The notes under the pieces were generated by a model. That model was not told the DNA's origin and searched no databases. It saw nothing but the letters and a program-made list of their open reading frames with translations. From positions 49,964 through 113,963 of the forward strand of contig JBLDXI010000084.1 in assembly GCA_047495785.1 (NCBI GenBank): a DNA stretch of 64,000 bases, in the 5' to 3' direction. This document shows, in pieces, positions 21,630-33,744 of this stretch (its first letter is position 1; every line of letters begins with the position of its first letter). The stretch is from Lepidodermella squamata (Eukaryota > Animalia > Gastrotricha). Position numbers and translations under genes: made by a program.

Positions 21630-22387
21630 GCTCATGATTTCCTGCCTGTTGTCAACATTCTTTTACGAATGTATTCTCAATTGCTCTTGCGAACATTTCG
21701 GCTCTCATTTTTCATGGTTATTCTTGTTGTTGACTATGTTTGTGAAAAAAATCATTTTGAAATCTCAGCGTTGTTCTTTTGACCCATTGTCAATATGAAG
21801 ATGCTCAACCGACTTTGTTGCCCTGCTTGATTTTCTTTCTCATTTATTGATATTATCATAACCCGTATTATAATATATCGTTCGAAAAAGGTGCATAGCG
21901 TAGTTTGTATTACGAATCATTGAAATGTCATCGGCTGCTACTTTCCATTTTTGCTGTTGATTTTTGTTCCCGCAAATGTGTCTAGTCGCACAGTTTTACA
22001 GACGTCGAATGATGAATTTTACCATTTTCTATATATGTATCTGTTTTATTTAACCATCCTAATGCTGCCCTGTTAATTTTCTTACCACTGCAGAGTTGAT
22101 ATTATCTTTATTGCTATTGTTAGTCTTATTATTGTGCCGTTATTCAACAAAAAAAACTGCATCATGTTACTACTATTTTCCCAAAAAGTTGTGATGCTCA
22201 TGCGACGCGGATGATGATGATGATTATTGTAAACGAATTGTCGACGACCTTTCATTTTTTTCACTCTCCATCATTGAATTTTTTCCGTTTCAATCGATTG
22301 ATTATTAGAAAGCGCAAGAAAAACTTGTTTCTAACGATTGCCATGTTTTTTTTATTTAGATAAATTTGTTAGAGAGTTAGTTGTTGG

Positions 22388-22902
22388 ATGGCGTTTGCGA
22401 ATCAGAACAAGAAGGCGAATGTAAGTTGTGTGTTGTATCTTTCAATACAAGTTATAATGATTTGTGTGCTTATTTGACAGATTCGCCTGCCGCCGGAAGT
22501 GAACCGCATTCTGTACGTGAAGAACCTGCCGTTCAAGATCACGGCGGACGAAATGTACGACATTTTCGGCAAGTACGGCGCGATCCGGCAGATCCGGCTG
22601 GGCGCGACGCCGGAGACGCGCGGCACCGCCTTCGTCGTCTACGAGGACATTTTCGACGCGAAGAACGCGTGCGACCACTTGTCCGGCTTCAACGTCTGCG
22701 ATCGCTACCTCGTCGTGCTCTACTACCAACCCACCAAGGCGTAAGTAGTTGTTTTTCAGTGTTTCTCTTCACTTGTGTTTCACTAACTCGTGTTTGACTG
22801 GCTGTGGCTTTTTGCAGGTACGCGGCCGCCGACCTCGACAAGCAGCAGGCCGAGCTGACGAAACTCAAGGCCAAGTTCAACCTGGCGACGCCGCAAATCT
22901 AG
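22388..22902 (+). CDS. SF3B6: Splicing factor 3B subunit 6 (p14), 3 exons (22388-22420, 22481-22740, 22818-22902)
   Basis: [20 protein letters not shown]...[25 protein letters not shown], the highly conserved p14 RRM; canonical introns. Confidence 0.96.
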
Positions 22903-25297
22903 CCGAGCTGTCAGTTGGCTTTTTTATACACGTAACAATGTACACATTCGAATACTGTTCTTGGTGATTAGAACAATAATAAAAATCGTCACTTTGTATA
23001 ACGACATGTGCGATTTCAATACGAGTGTTTTGTTATGCTTTTCAGCTGTTATGCTGTTTGTTCACCTAATTCAGGCGAATGTGAAAGGGAGACAGCGGTT
23101 GAACAGTAGCTGTTATGGTTCATCGATCAACAACCGATTCAGGACGAATCGGCCGGGAAGGCTATATTGATGATGATGCAGGAGTTGATACGCATCACTT
23201 TAAAAAAATGTTACCTTCCCAGCCCCGTCCTTTATTCTCCGTCGCTGACACTATCATCTAGTATCTAGTGCTGCCGTGCCACGTCATCTGATGAAGTAAC
23301 GCGAGATTGCGCTGAATGATCCCCTTTCAATGTGACGTGAGAGCACGAGCCCGCAAAATCCTCTGATCACAGGAACGGCAACTCGGCCCAGAATTGGTTG
23401 AATTTAACAAACCTGAAAAGTTGTTGCGAATCGTTAGATAGCTTTCGACATAGACATAATTAGATGCATAAATTCGAAGAGGGCGCCGACCCCTCACTAA
23501 AAGCCTGGGCGCAGAGAGACGACGGGCGAAAGGTTGCTGGCGCCTAACAATACCGATACATATACATACATACCTTTACCTGAGCGCGCAACCTACAGAA
23601 ACAACAAATATTATGGGTTGATTGGTTTATGCGTGGCCGTAAAATCATCATCGCGTATGATCGTTATGAGGATGATGATGCGCGGCAGGCGGGCGCTGTC
23701 TGCGTGGCTCCGAAATGTAACGAATACTGTTACTTACCAGCTTCAGGGAGAAACGGTGGGGCGAAAACAAGCGCGAAAACAAACATCAACAAGACGGGGA
23801 ATAGCGGAGAAACGGAGACTGCTTATAGCTCTAGCGAAGGCAACAAGCCAGTGGGCTCGCCCCAGGTGCCGGCCATTATCGGCTGATGAGCCGCCAAAAA
23901 ACACGGCCGCTCGTTTTAATTATCTCCCGATGCTTATTGTTTTCTGCTCAACCGGTGAGATGTTTTGCGGCCGAGTGAGATGTGATAACCGCAGGCTACC
24001 ATGCTAATCAACAAGCGTATACTAGTGGCAATCGCTCGGCAATCGCTACTGAAAAAACTGCGGCGCCTCGCGATTACGCATGAGCAGTGTTAGGCGATCT
24101 TGCTGATCACTGATTGACCCATTACCGAAAAGAATGGGTGATCGTGCTTCTTCGTTTTATTTTTGAATTATTACTATGAGAGGGTGCGCTCGGTGGTGCG
24201 CGAAGTTGCAAGTAGTTGCGCCATGTAAGCATATATAAGAATGTGGTAAGAATATGTTGACTAATCGACTCTGCGCGAAATTCATCGCCGTTATCAGCAG
24301 CAGCAGCAGCAGCAGCAATTCGATTAACGCCTCGCGACATTGCTTCGAGTGTTTGGTCGCGATTTCTTGATTAACCAGAAAGGCGCCGGCATGAATTTAG
24401 TAATAATCGCATTAGTTGCTCGCTGTTCGCGTGTTCGCCTCGCCGCTTCGCACTTGAGCGTTTTTTGTTTGCAAATACTATACAACTACTGCTTTCGCCT
24501 TTGTGTTCGCCGCAATCACTGTTTCTGTTGTCGCCCAAATATCGTTGTAGCTGCGGCAGTTGTAGTAGTAGCATTAGTAGTAGTAGTAGTAGTAGTATTC
24601 GTTTTTCGCCGGTTAAACGGCGCTGCTTGCGTCGTTAGCGCCGGCCATTAGCAGTAGCGGCCAATATAACGCAAGAATAACGCCCGTGATAGCGAGACTC
24701 GAAGTAAAACAGCGTGATTGCGGAATAACGACGCGTGAAGCGATCGCTAACGAGCCAGCCAATTGGCTTGACATTCCGATAGCCGATAGCCATATCGATA
24801 TCGCCGCTTACTTTATATTTTCGCGTTCTTTCTTGTTCTCGGCTGCTCCGCCTTCGTATTGCGACATTATTTCTCTCTTCTCACGCTGTGTCATGCTATT
24901 TCTGTGGCTGGGTCGCATTACGCATGGCGATGATGTATCTTCTACTGCCTTGTTTACAGTGTATCGAATAGCGCCGGTCAATCGCGCTTCCGCAACCACC
25001 CTCTCAATATCGCTTTTTTCGGATCGTGGCCGGTGTCCTCATGTCGTCCTCACTACCATCATCTGGCCTATATTTTTGCTATTGTTTGTCCTTGTGTGTC
25101 CGAAGAGCGTAATAATTTGTCTCGATTTTTACGTCAAGTAGGTAAATATATACATACTTATCTGTGTAATTCTTTTGCGCTTACGTATGCTTGCGTTATG
25201 AATCGCCTGGTTTGATGGCGCCTTTCAGAGCTGGCTGGCACAGAAATGCACAAGTCATCGATGCTTTGACTCGATCGGCTGTTGAGAAGAGGTGTTG

Positions 25298-28200
25298 ATG
25301 CCTCCGCTCGGAACCTCGCTACTCCTGTTTTTCAGCCTGCTGTTACTACTGCTGCTGTTCGATGCGACGCTGGCTGGATCGCAACAGCCGCGCTTCGCTT
25401 TCCTCGCCGCCGCCCCGCCGCCGGCGCCGGATTTTGGATCTCTTTTCATCGAAGCGGTAAGTCCAAACTCAATGATGTCTCAAAAAAATTGCGTATACCT
25501 GAATTTGTGCCATACGACGGGCCTTACTTCATTTCCCTCTCAAAAATTGGTCGCTTTTGCTGGAATTTATTTCTAGCGGCACCTTAATTCCTTGTCACCT
25601 TAATATCTCAATTTCATTTCTTAAATTTGGGAAAAATTACTCGTAAAATATTACACATTGCATCAGAAAATCATTGCAATTTTCACTAAAAAACGCAAAA
25701 ACAACCTATGAGCTACATCTTGATCTAGATTCTGATTTCGGGTAAAGTAACACGCCTGCAGTTTTTATCAATAGGTTCAACGGTTGCAAATAGTATTTGA
25801 TTAGAATGATTAGGATGTTATTCAAAGAAAATTTCCTAGCAGTCATCTTTCAACAGAGGCAAATTCCCCATATTTGTGCCCAGATTTGAGCCAAGATGCG
25901 AGGATAACAGTAGTTGCTTGCAGCTCCTAGAATCGACCTTGCAACATAAAGAGACGGAACTTGATTTGCTTTTAAATTCCCATCGAAAGGTTTCAATGTC
26001 GATCGTGTTTCCCAATCCTAGCAATTCGAAATGCTAGAATTGTTATTCCAATGGATTCGAGTTACCTTCATTAAAAGCCTTATCTTCGAATTACCTATTC
26101 TTGATTTACATCAGGTGCTCAATGGAACGCGAACAGCCGTGGAGCGATTCCTGGCGACCGCGGAGGACGGGTCGTCGTTGTGCCACGCGCTGTCGCTGCG
26201 CCTCGACAACCGGCCCGTCGCCAATTTTTCCACGCTGCAGGTGCGTCCTTCGAATACTTATCGGGTATTTCATGCGGGGCAGTATTCAGTATTCAGTTTT
26301 CAGTTTAAAGCCAAGTGGGCGGAGGCAACATTTTGCAAATCAAGTAAAATGAAGCTAGCCAAGCGATCAATTCGAAGCCATTTTTTGCCGAATGTACTTG
26401 AATCGGTCCACTTCTTTTTTAGGTGCTAATGATAGACCAACAGCGCGTGCAGATGCGCGTGCGAGCCGCGCCCGGCTTCTGCCGTCTGCGCCTCGTCGTC
26501 GCCGGCGCCCCGCTTCCATCCGTACGATTGAACATCCTGAGCGGAGGGCCGCCCATTGCTTACCTGAGGCCCGCGTCCCCGGCAGCAGGCGCCGCCGCAG
26601 CAGCTGCGCTAGAGCAGCCAGTGCCAGGCGTCGACTACCCATCAGCAGCGGAGGCACCTGAAACAATGGTCGAGGACGCCGAGGTGCCCGGCGATATCTG
26701 GTTCGGCGGCGGCGGCGACGACAACAGCGCCTCATCGCCGGTGATGGAGCGCGGCGTGATGTTCAACCTGACGGCAGGCGAGGCGCTCGAGTTCGGCGCC
26801 GAGCTCATCGGAGACTTTCTCGGCTACGCCACCGTCGCCCTGCAACTGCAGCAGAACGCCACCGCGTGGGCCGAGCTCTACCGCCTGCGCATCTCCGTAA
26901 GTTTCAGGCTTTTATGCTTATCTTTCTCTCGTCAATTTATCAGCTTTCATCTGATTCTGTATGATTTGTCTAGGTTGCTCGCGTACAACCACTGGCGCAT
27001 TTCGCTCTGCACCAGTCGACCGTGGTCGTGCTGTTCCTGGCGAACCTTGCCGCCGGCCTGCACACCGACGCGGCTCTGTTGCGCGCGGCGCTGCGCTCGA
27101 CCGGCGCCGGCGTGTTCGCCGCCCTCGTCGCCAAACTCGGCGTCGCGCCGCTCGTCGTCGGCGCGCTCTTCCGCTGGCACGAGTTCGCGCCCGACCTGTC
27201 CGCGGCCGGGCTCTTCGCCGCCGTGTTCGCGCCCTCCGGCCTCGAAGCCGTGCTGCACGTCGTCCTGCTGACGGCGCCCACCGCCTCGTCGTCGTCATCA
27301 GCCGCGCAGTCACTGAGCCGGTCGCAGTCGCTGACGCAGGCATGGCCGCCCCGCCACCACCTGCAACGCATCGCCTCGCTGCGCCTAGCCGCCTCGGAGG
27401 CTGAGCTGGGCCACGCGCTCGCCGTCGCAGCCTCGGTCGCTGCGTCGGCCTGTCTAGGCGTCGCCGCTCTCGCCAGTCTGCCACTCGCCGTCTACGTCGC
27501 ACGGGGCGCATCTCTGCCGGCTAGCCTGATCGACGATGCCGGCGACAAGTTTCTATTCTTCGAAGCCGCACCGCCTGGCTTTGAAGTGCTGCCCTACGCC
27601 GCGCTCGCCATCTCGCTCGGCTGCCTGCTGCTGCCGTTCGCAGTCGGCACCGTCATCCGCCATCGGTGGCGCGAGGCAGCTGCCCGCCTAGACGCGTAAG
27701 TTTTTTCGGCTATCAGCAATCAGCTCTCTCTAATATACCTACATTTTATTTTTCTAGGTGCCTGTTAGCTGTTGTTGCCGTCGGCCTCGTGCACATGTGC
27801 GTCGCCCATGGGCTGGCAAATATCGGCCACGTGCTAGCCTACGCGACGTGGTCGACGCTGTTCGCCGGCGCGTGTCTCTGCCTCGCATCCGCCGCAGCCG
27901 CCGCGGTCTTGGCGCTGTGTCTGCGACAACGGGCGCCCGTCGTCATCGCCGCCGCCGTCGTGGTCGCCATGCCGAATGTCACGATCGCGCTGCAACTGCT
28001 GCAAGCCAACCTGGAACCGCCGGCGACCGACCTCGCCGCGATGCTGCCGACTGCCGCGTCGCTGCTCGTGCAGGTGCCGCTGCTGTCCATCGCCCTCGTG
28101 CGCTACCTCATCGCCGCGTGCTGCATGCGCCGCGACGGCAAGAAGGCCGCGAAGCAGTTCGAGTTGTCTCGGCCACGCCTCGACACGGCTGAGTCGTACA

Positions 28201-29256
28201 ACAAGCAGTCTGCCGGTGACCGCACGCCCACGTCGCCCTTCAACAGCGCCAGTCTGCACAGTACTACGCTCAACGAGGCCCTCGCTACGGCTGCTGCTAG
28301 TGCCAGCAACGGCTCGCCGAGCAATCACGTCTCCGCAACAACTTCTTCTTCTACCGAGTCGACGCCGAAGAAGACAACTGATGCTCCCGCTACGGCGCCG
28401 CCGCTTAGAAACCAGCCGTACCATTACGATGAAACGCTCAAGGCCGTTAGCGATTCTGACGTCGACGCGCCTGCTCGGCTCATTTCCAAGTCAGCTACGC
28501 GTCAAACTTCGTCTGTATCCACGCGCCGCAGTAGGAAAACAGCTAAAAACGTGGTATCAGCGTCCTCCGACGAAGAAATAACTAGCAAAACAGTGAGGAA
28601 TCTTCCTTATAAAGCTGGCAAGGAGATAAAAAGCGGGAAAGAGAAAGACAGGAAAGAGGAAGATGGAAAGAACAAAGAGTCGCCTGCTGTCGTTCGTTTT
28701 CACCCCCTATTCAGCGCTACGATTTCGCACCGGCATAGCAAGCAGAGCAGCGACATTGTTGTCGATGAACCGTCGTACATGCTGTTGGAAGGTGCGCAGT
28801 CACGCTTCAATTCTTCCACTCGCAGTGCCACCACTGGCCGGCCAAGTGGCAGCCAACTAAAGCAGCGCTACGTACACTTCAACGAAAACTCATCTTCTGG
28901 CTACCTCAGCAGTAACACCACCGGTATCAGCGTGGACAACGTGCAGGTTTGATGCCAATTCAATTATTTATAATCAAAACTATAAGTGCATTTTACCTTA
29001 GGATTGGAGCCGGTTTCTATCGAAAACTTCTGTGCCTGCGCAAGTGCGAACGCCGACATTGCCGGCGCGACCAATTTCGCCGACATCCACTAACACGGCT
29101 ATTCTCTCGGCGTCGCATTCAGCCAACAGTTTCGCATCGCACACGCTAGTCAGGAATAAAGAGCACGCGGGTCGCAAGACGAAAAATCGCTCTAGCATCG
29201 GTGACGCTGCCAACAACAACGCCATCGTTCCAGTTGTGCTTGAAACTGTTGTTTGA
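25298..29256 (+). CDS. SLC10/bile acid:Na+ symporter-like membrane protein (P3/SLC10A3-A5 architecture: signal peptide, ectodomain, TM core, long S/T-rich tail); ~6 exons
   Basis: Hydrophobic N-terminus; TM pattern GVFAALVAKLGVAPL...AGLFAAVFAPSG...LPYAALAISLGCLLLPFAVGTVIR...PNVTIALQLL fits the SBF fold; splice sites at ~25456, 26115-26240, ~26423-26896, ~26973-27695, ~27758-28945, 29002. Confidence 0.6.
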
Positions 29257-29485
29257 TTGATTCTATGTTTTCTCATACACTTGTGCCATCATGATTGTTT
29301 CTGACTGAATATGAATCAATGTCCGCAACAACATCCACTGTATTTTTTGTTATTTTTATATCAAGTTAAGGAAGCAAATGAAGATAATAAACAATGACTA
29401 AAGCGAAGATCGGAGCCTTCGTTAATTTTGTTATAATTCAGAAATATTGAATTGTCCTGAAAGATATAGGCCGAGTAGCTTGGCC

Positions 29486-29849
29486 AATTCGATATTTGTC
29501 TGACGAGTACGAGCACGAGTACAGAGTCTATATCTGAACGGAGCCGGCCGAGATTTACGAATCGGAACGAGTCGCAGACGAGTGGAGATGAGTAAATCGA
29601 GTACGGCGAGTTCAGATATAAACGATTTACGAGTGCTGTATCAAAAAATATTGCATGAGCAATATCAAAAAATACTAACACTATATTTTTGAAACGAATG
29701 CTATATTTTTATAACATTCGTATATCTGAACTCGTCGTACTCGATTTACTCATCTCTACTCGCCTCCGGCTCGTTTCGATTCGTAAATCCCGGCCGGCTC
29801 CGTTCAGATATGAACTCTTTACTAATGTTATACCATACAAATATGAATT
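29486..29849. mobile_element. Foldback/MITE-like long imperfect inverted repeat
   Basis: atatctgaacggagccggccgagatttacgaatc... at ~29530 is reverse-complementary to ...gattcgtaaatcccggccggctccgttcagatat at ~29780-29810; arms roughly 150 bp. Confidence 0.7.
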
Positions 29850-30081
29850 AGTGAAATTGCATTAAGTATTGAATTGTCTGAGTTTCGAAAGCTCCTCAGG
29901 GTGCGATCAAGAAATGTAAGAATGTCAAGCGCACTCCGAAGCTAAGGCCGTCATGAGACATGACAACGAATTCGATTTGTTACAAATATCACAAGAAGTA
30001 CGCGGCCTTCAACCATCGAATTATAAGGCACTGCCTTCTATTTTTTCGGAGGGTTTGCGCGCGTTCGCCACCGTTGTTTAT

Positions 30082-30173
30082 CGGGTCCCCAAAACGTCAT
30101 CATAATGAAAAAATGTGTCCCTTTCTGGTCATATCTATTGTTTTTGACGTCATGATGACGTTTTGGGGACCCG
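30082..30173. mobile_element. 92-bp MITE-like element with 22-bp perfect inverted repeats
   Basis: CGGGTCCCCAAAACGTCATCAT ... ATGATGACGTTTTGGGGACCCG; no clear TSD. Confidence 0.55.
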
Positions 30174-31153
30174 TTGCGAGCGGGTGCAATCCAGAAAATT
30201 GAATTACTCGCCTGCTCAAGATCAATGGAAAGCAGGCCTTAAATTCTTAGGATAGGTTTGCCCCTGCCTTTATTTCGGTCCTGCCTTGTAATTCGGTAAT
30301 GGTATTCATTCATGGGTGCGCGATAAAATATAGATGAAAGATTTATCTCTATATCACCTGCTCGAACTTTCTTGAAGCGTCTTCGAAGCGATGCTTCCAT
30401 GCTCTCGGTTTAACACCGGCTGTCCACTTGTTCATATCACTAGCTTCACAGCTTCCAGATGGGGAATTCTCAAGTCACCGTGGGTGGCTTAGCGTCAAAG
30501 TTCAAAGCCGTTCGGTGTCGGTGAACCTTCAAAATCAAATAAACAAACTACCCTGAACCCTGAAACTGAAATCGCAGAAGCTTATCAGCCGAAGATTCGC
30601 GATACCATGCAGCAAAACGACACGCGAAAATTGTATACAAATTTATTCATAAATGTTAATTATTAATTTAGTTGACGAAATTGTGGTTTAATTTTCAACC
30701 TTGACAACACTTCATGCCGGTTTTTTCACTGGGCTGCGAGCAGCAGGGCCTGAAAGAGAAAGATAGGAAAGAGGAAGATGAACCTTGCAAGAATAAAGAG
30801 CATGCGTTCAACGGTATATCGAGGCCAACGGCGAATCGGGCAACCGTTTCCCTTGTTTGTTGTGTGTGCTAAAAAGTATTTTCCCTTGCCCCACCATCCC
30901 CCTCGTTTATTGGCATCAGTGGCGCAAAATTCGAAATTCTACTGTTTGTTTCACGTAATGATCACGGACTGGACTGCACAGCCAAGTTGGATGTTGGATG
31001 CTTTCAACTTTGATGCGCCCATAATGTATTTGTAGTTGGCGGTCGCAATTTTGGTAGGTTTGGCTGAACACTGAATTTCATCTGGTCAGTGGTAGATGGT
31101 CTTCATTCTCAATTCCGAGAGTATGGTTCGACTATGGTCCATCCAATCCAATC

Positions 31154-31247
31154 CAGGGACGGCGCCAGGGTAAGACAGTAAAGGGAGGGGGCAAGTGGAG
31201 TTGGTAGTGCGCCCCAGCTTACCCCCTCCCCCCTGGCGCCGTCACTG
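31154..31247. mobile_element. 94-bp hAT-like MITE remnant
   Basis: CAGGGACGGCGCCAGGG ... CCCTGGCGCCGTCACTG (17 bp, 1 mismatch); TSD not evident. Confidence 0.45.
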
Positions 31248-31569
31248 TCCCTATATCTGTTCACACGGCTCTCCATGCCTTTGAGGGAAAGTGATTCCTA
31301 TTCACATTAATACGGTTTGCAATGGAGTAGGGCTTGTAAATACCTGGGCTTTCAACTTCATCTTTCTCTTTAGTGAGCATCTAAGTATTCATTTCTCGCA
31401 TGTCTTCGTGCTTGAATTTGACTGACAAAGAAGACGAAGAACAATGAAAAGGACTTGCAAGCAGCAGGGCCTGAAAGACGGAAAGATACAGGAAAGAGAA
31501 AGATTGCTGCAAGAATAAAGAATCATTTGTTTTTTTTCGGATATAGATTTATAATTATTCACACTAGTA

Positions 31570-32640
31570 ATGGATTGTGACATTCGGTTGGACAACTGCA
31601 TCTTTGGATTTTACAAGCCGGAAGATGAAGTTGTTGGAACTGTTGTATTGCGCACAGCTAATATTGCTCGTGTGAACAAAATTTTGCTGGCTGCCGTCGG
31701 CACTGGTTACATCCAGTGGACGGAGAAGCACGGCGACTCGAAGGTCGTTTACAAACGCACCGAAAATTATATTAACAGCGAGCTGAAGCTGGCGACAGGA
31801 GGGCCAAATGAGCCGTTGCACATGCCATCGGGAACGCACACGTTTCAGTTCGGTTTTACTCTACCGAAGGATATTCCGCAATCGGCTGAGATTACAAGTG
31901 ACCCTGGCACATTCGGTTACGTGCGTTACTCGCTGAAAGTAACCGTCGACATTGACGAGAACGTGCCAGAGAACAACAAGCTGTTTGAGATGCCGTTTTA
32001 CGTATGCGGCTGTCTCGATCTGAACAAGTTCGGCTTCGCGCTGAAGCCGATCGAGTACCGCAACAAACTCGGATCGGACAACTGTTGTTCGGTCAACAAT
32101 TTGACGATTAATCTGAGGATGAAACGCACAGCTTTCAACCCTGGCGAGGACATCGTGCTCGACGGCGAGTTTGTGAACAACACATCGGAGACGGTGAAGG
32201 GACTGCAGATCTCGTTGTGCGAGAAGGTGGTGTTCGTCGCCTACGACAAGCTCGTCGGGTCGATTATGCTGACGAACACGCTGCAGAACGTGTTGTCGTC
32301 GTCGACTCGTGGCGAAATCAAGGCCGGCTGTCGCGATGTGTTTCGTAACCTGCCGATCGAAGTGCCGTGGACGGCGGTTCCGCAACTCGTCGGCTGCACC
32401 GTGATAGAGCTGCAGTACAGCCTGCGCGTGTTGGTCATCCAGACGAACGGACGGTCGCGTCACATTTTGACGATCCCTGTTGTTGTGGGTGTGATCCCGC
32501 CGGCTGTCACCGCAACGTCAATTGCCGCCGGGCTGGCTGGTTCGGCGATGACTGGCGCATCAACGGCTGTTCACGTGCAGACGCAGAGCAACCGGCCTCT
32601 GCCGCCGGAACGACTGCCTCTGTTGTCTTCGACAGCGTAA
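31570..32640 (+). CDS. Alpha-arrestin (ARRDC-like), single exon, 356 aa
   Basis: Arrestin-N (FYKPEDEVVGTV, GTHTFQFGFTLP..IPQS, GYVRYSLKVTVD) and arrestin-C (AFNPGEDI...IELQYSLRV...IPVVVGVIP). Confidence 0.9.
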   Translation: MDCDIRLDNCIFGFYKPEDEVVGTVVLRTANIARVNKILLAAVGTGYIQWTEKHGDSKVVYKRTENYINSELKLATGGPNEPLHMPSGTHTFQFGFTLPKDIPQSAEITSDPGTFGYVRYSLKVTVDIDENVPENNKLFEMPFYVCGCLDLNKFGFALKPIEYRNKLGSDNCCSVNNLTINLRMKRTAFNPGEDIVLDGEFVNNTSETVKGLQISLCEKVVFVAYDKLVGSIMLTNTLQNVLSSSTRGEIKAGCRDVFRNLPIEVPWTAVPQLVGCTVIELQYSLRVLVIQTNGRSRHILTIPVVVGVIPPAVTATSIAAGLAGSAMTGASTAVHVQTQSNRPLPPERLPLLSSTA

Positions 32641-33311
32641 GCTGCTGCTGCTGATGGGAGCGTCTCGACTTGATTGTGCGCAGAAGAAAATCTCATTCTA
32701 TAACTAAGTGTTATTTATCAATATAAACTGCTGATTGGTGCTTTACACGTCTGGAATTACCTATTATTATTATGTGGATTAATCTGAATGTACTGTAATT
32801 GAATTGATAAAAAGGAATCTTCATTTTGTAATGTGTTGCTGTGTTGCTGTGCCCATTTTTCACCTCTGTCTGATGATACTGCTAATTTTCTACTAATTAC
32901 TTGTATGTACGACTGACTCTATTGTTGAATTTCACATCGAGTATTTTGCAAAGTTCTGCTAATTTTTTTGCATCTCAAATCTTGTGCTATTGAATAATTA
33001 CCTATTCTAATGCTATTATATTTATATCGACGCTTTAACGTACGAGTAGTTGCGAAGTGCCTCGTTTGCTACTTCTGCTGACTGAAAAAGATAGAGAGAG
33101 AGCATGAAATGACTGCGCTTCCTCGTCGAATTTTTATTATCTGGAACTGTCATCGCGATGATGTCCGAAATTGTTGGAAAATATGCAATTTATCGTATTT
33201 ATTATGCATTTATTAATAAACTTGATATTTACACTACTGCCAAACTCGAGCTTTAATAATGTTTTTATTCTGTTTTTTTCAATTAGAAAAACAATAAGTA
33301 AAGAGGGTGAA

Positions 33312-33539
33312 ATGGTGAATGAGTTTTACGGCGAACTGCTCGATGTCGACTGGCGTCTCGGTGTGATTTGCGCCACCGATCACGCTCGCAAACAGCAGCG
33401 CGAACTGTATGTCCGCGTGAAGTTCGCCGCCGAAGCAGCGACATCGGCAAAACGGGCATTTTGGGTGGAGATGACGGTGTCGCAGTTCTACCACATGCTG
33501 CAAGAACTCGAGAAGGCTCAATCGGCTTTGCAACGCTAG
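33312..33539 (+). CDS. COMM-domain protein, COMMD7-like (COMM domain only visible)
   Basis: ELLDVDWRLGV...WVEMTVSQFYHMLQELEKAQ is a COMM domain, closest by eye to COMMD7; acceptor tttttttcaattag at 33286. Confidence 0.72.
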   Translation: MVNEFYGELLDVDWRLGVICATDHARKQQRELYVRVKFAAEAATSAKRAFWVEMTVSQFYHMLQELEKAQSALQR

Positions 33540-33744
33540 CCGAAGATGACGAAGAAAATATGCACTTGCTTGCTTTCATCTGCTTAATCTATTTATTGCC
33601 ACGCAATCGTCTTTTTTATACGCGCGACTGATTGAATGAATCGACTGATTGATTGATCTATATCGTGCTCGTTTTCGATAGGTGCGAGCATCGGCGCTTG
33701 ATTACACTTGAGGAGAGTAAAGAGAAAAAAGGCGAATCGCAGAT

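Noticed and set aside
23000-25290. ORFs and (CAG)n/(TAG)n tracts upstream of the SLC10-like gene
   Set aside because: Low-complexity UTR/intron-like DNA with no supportable product
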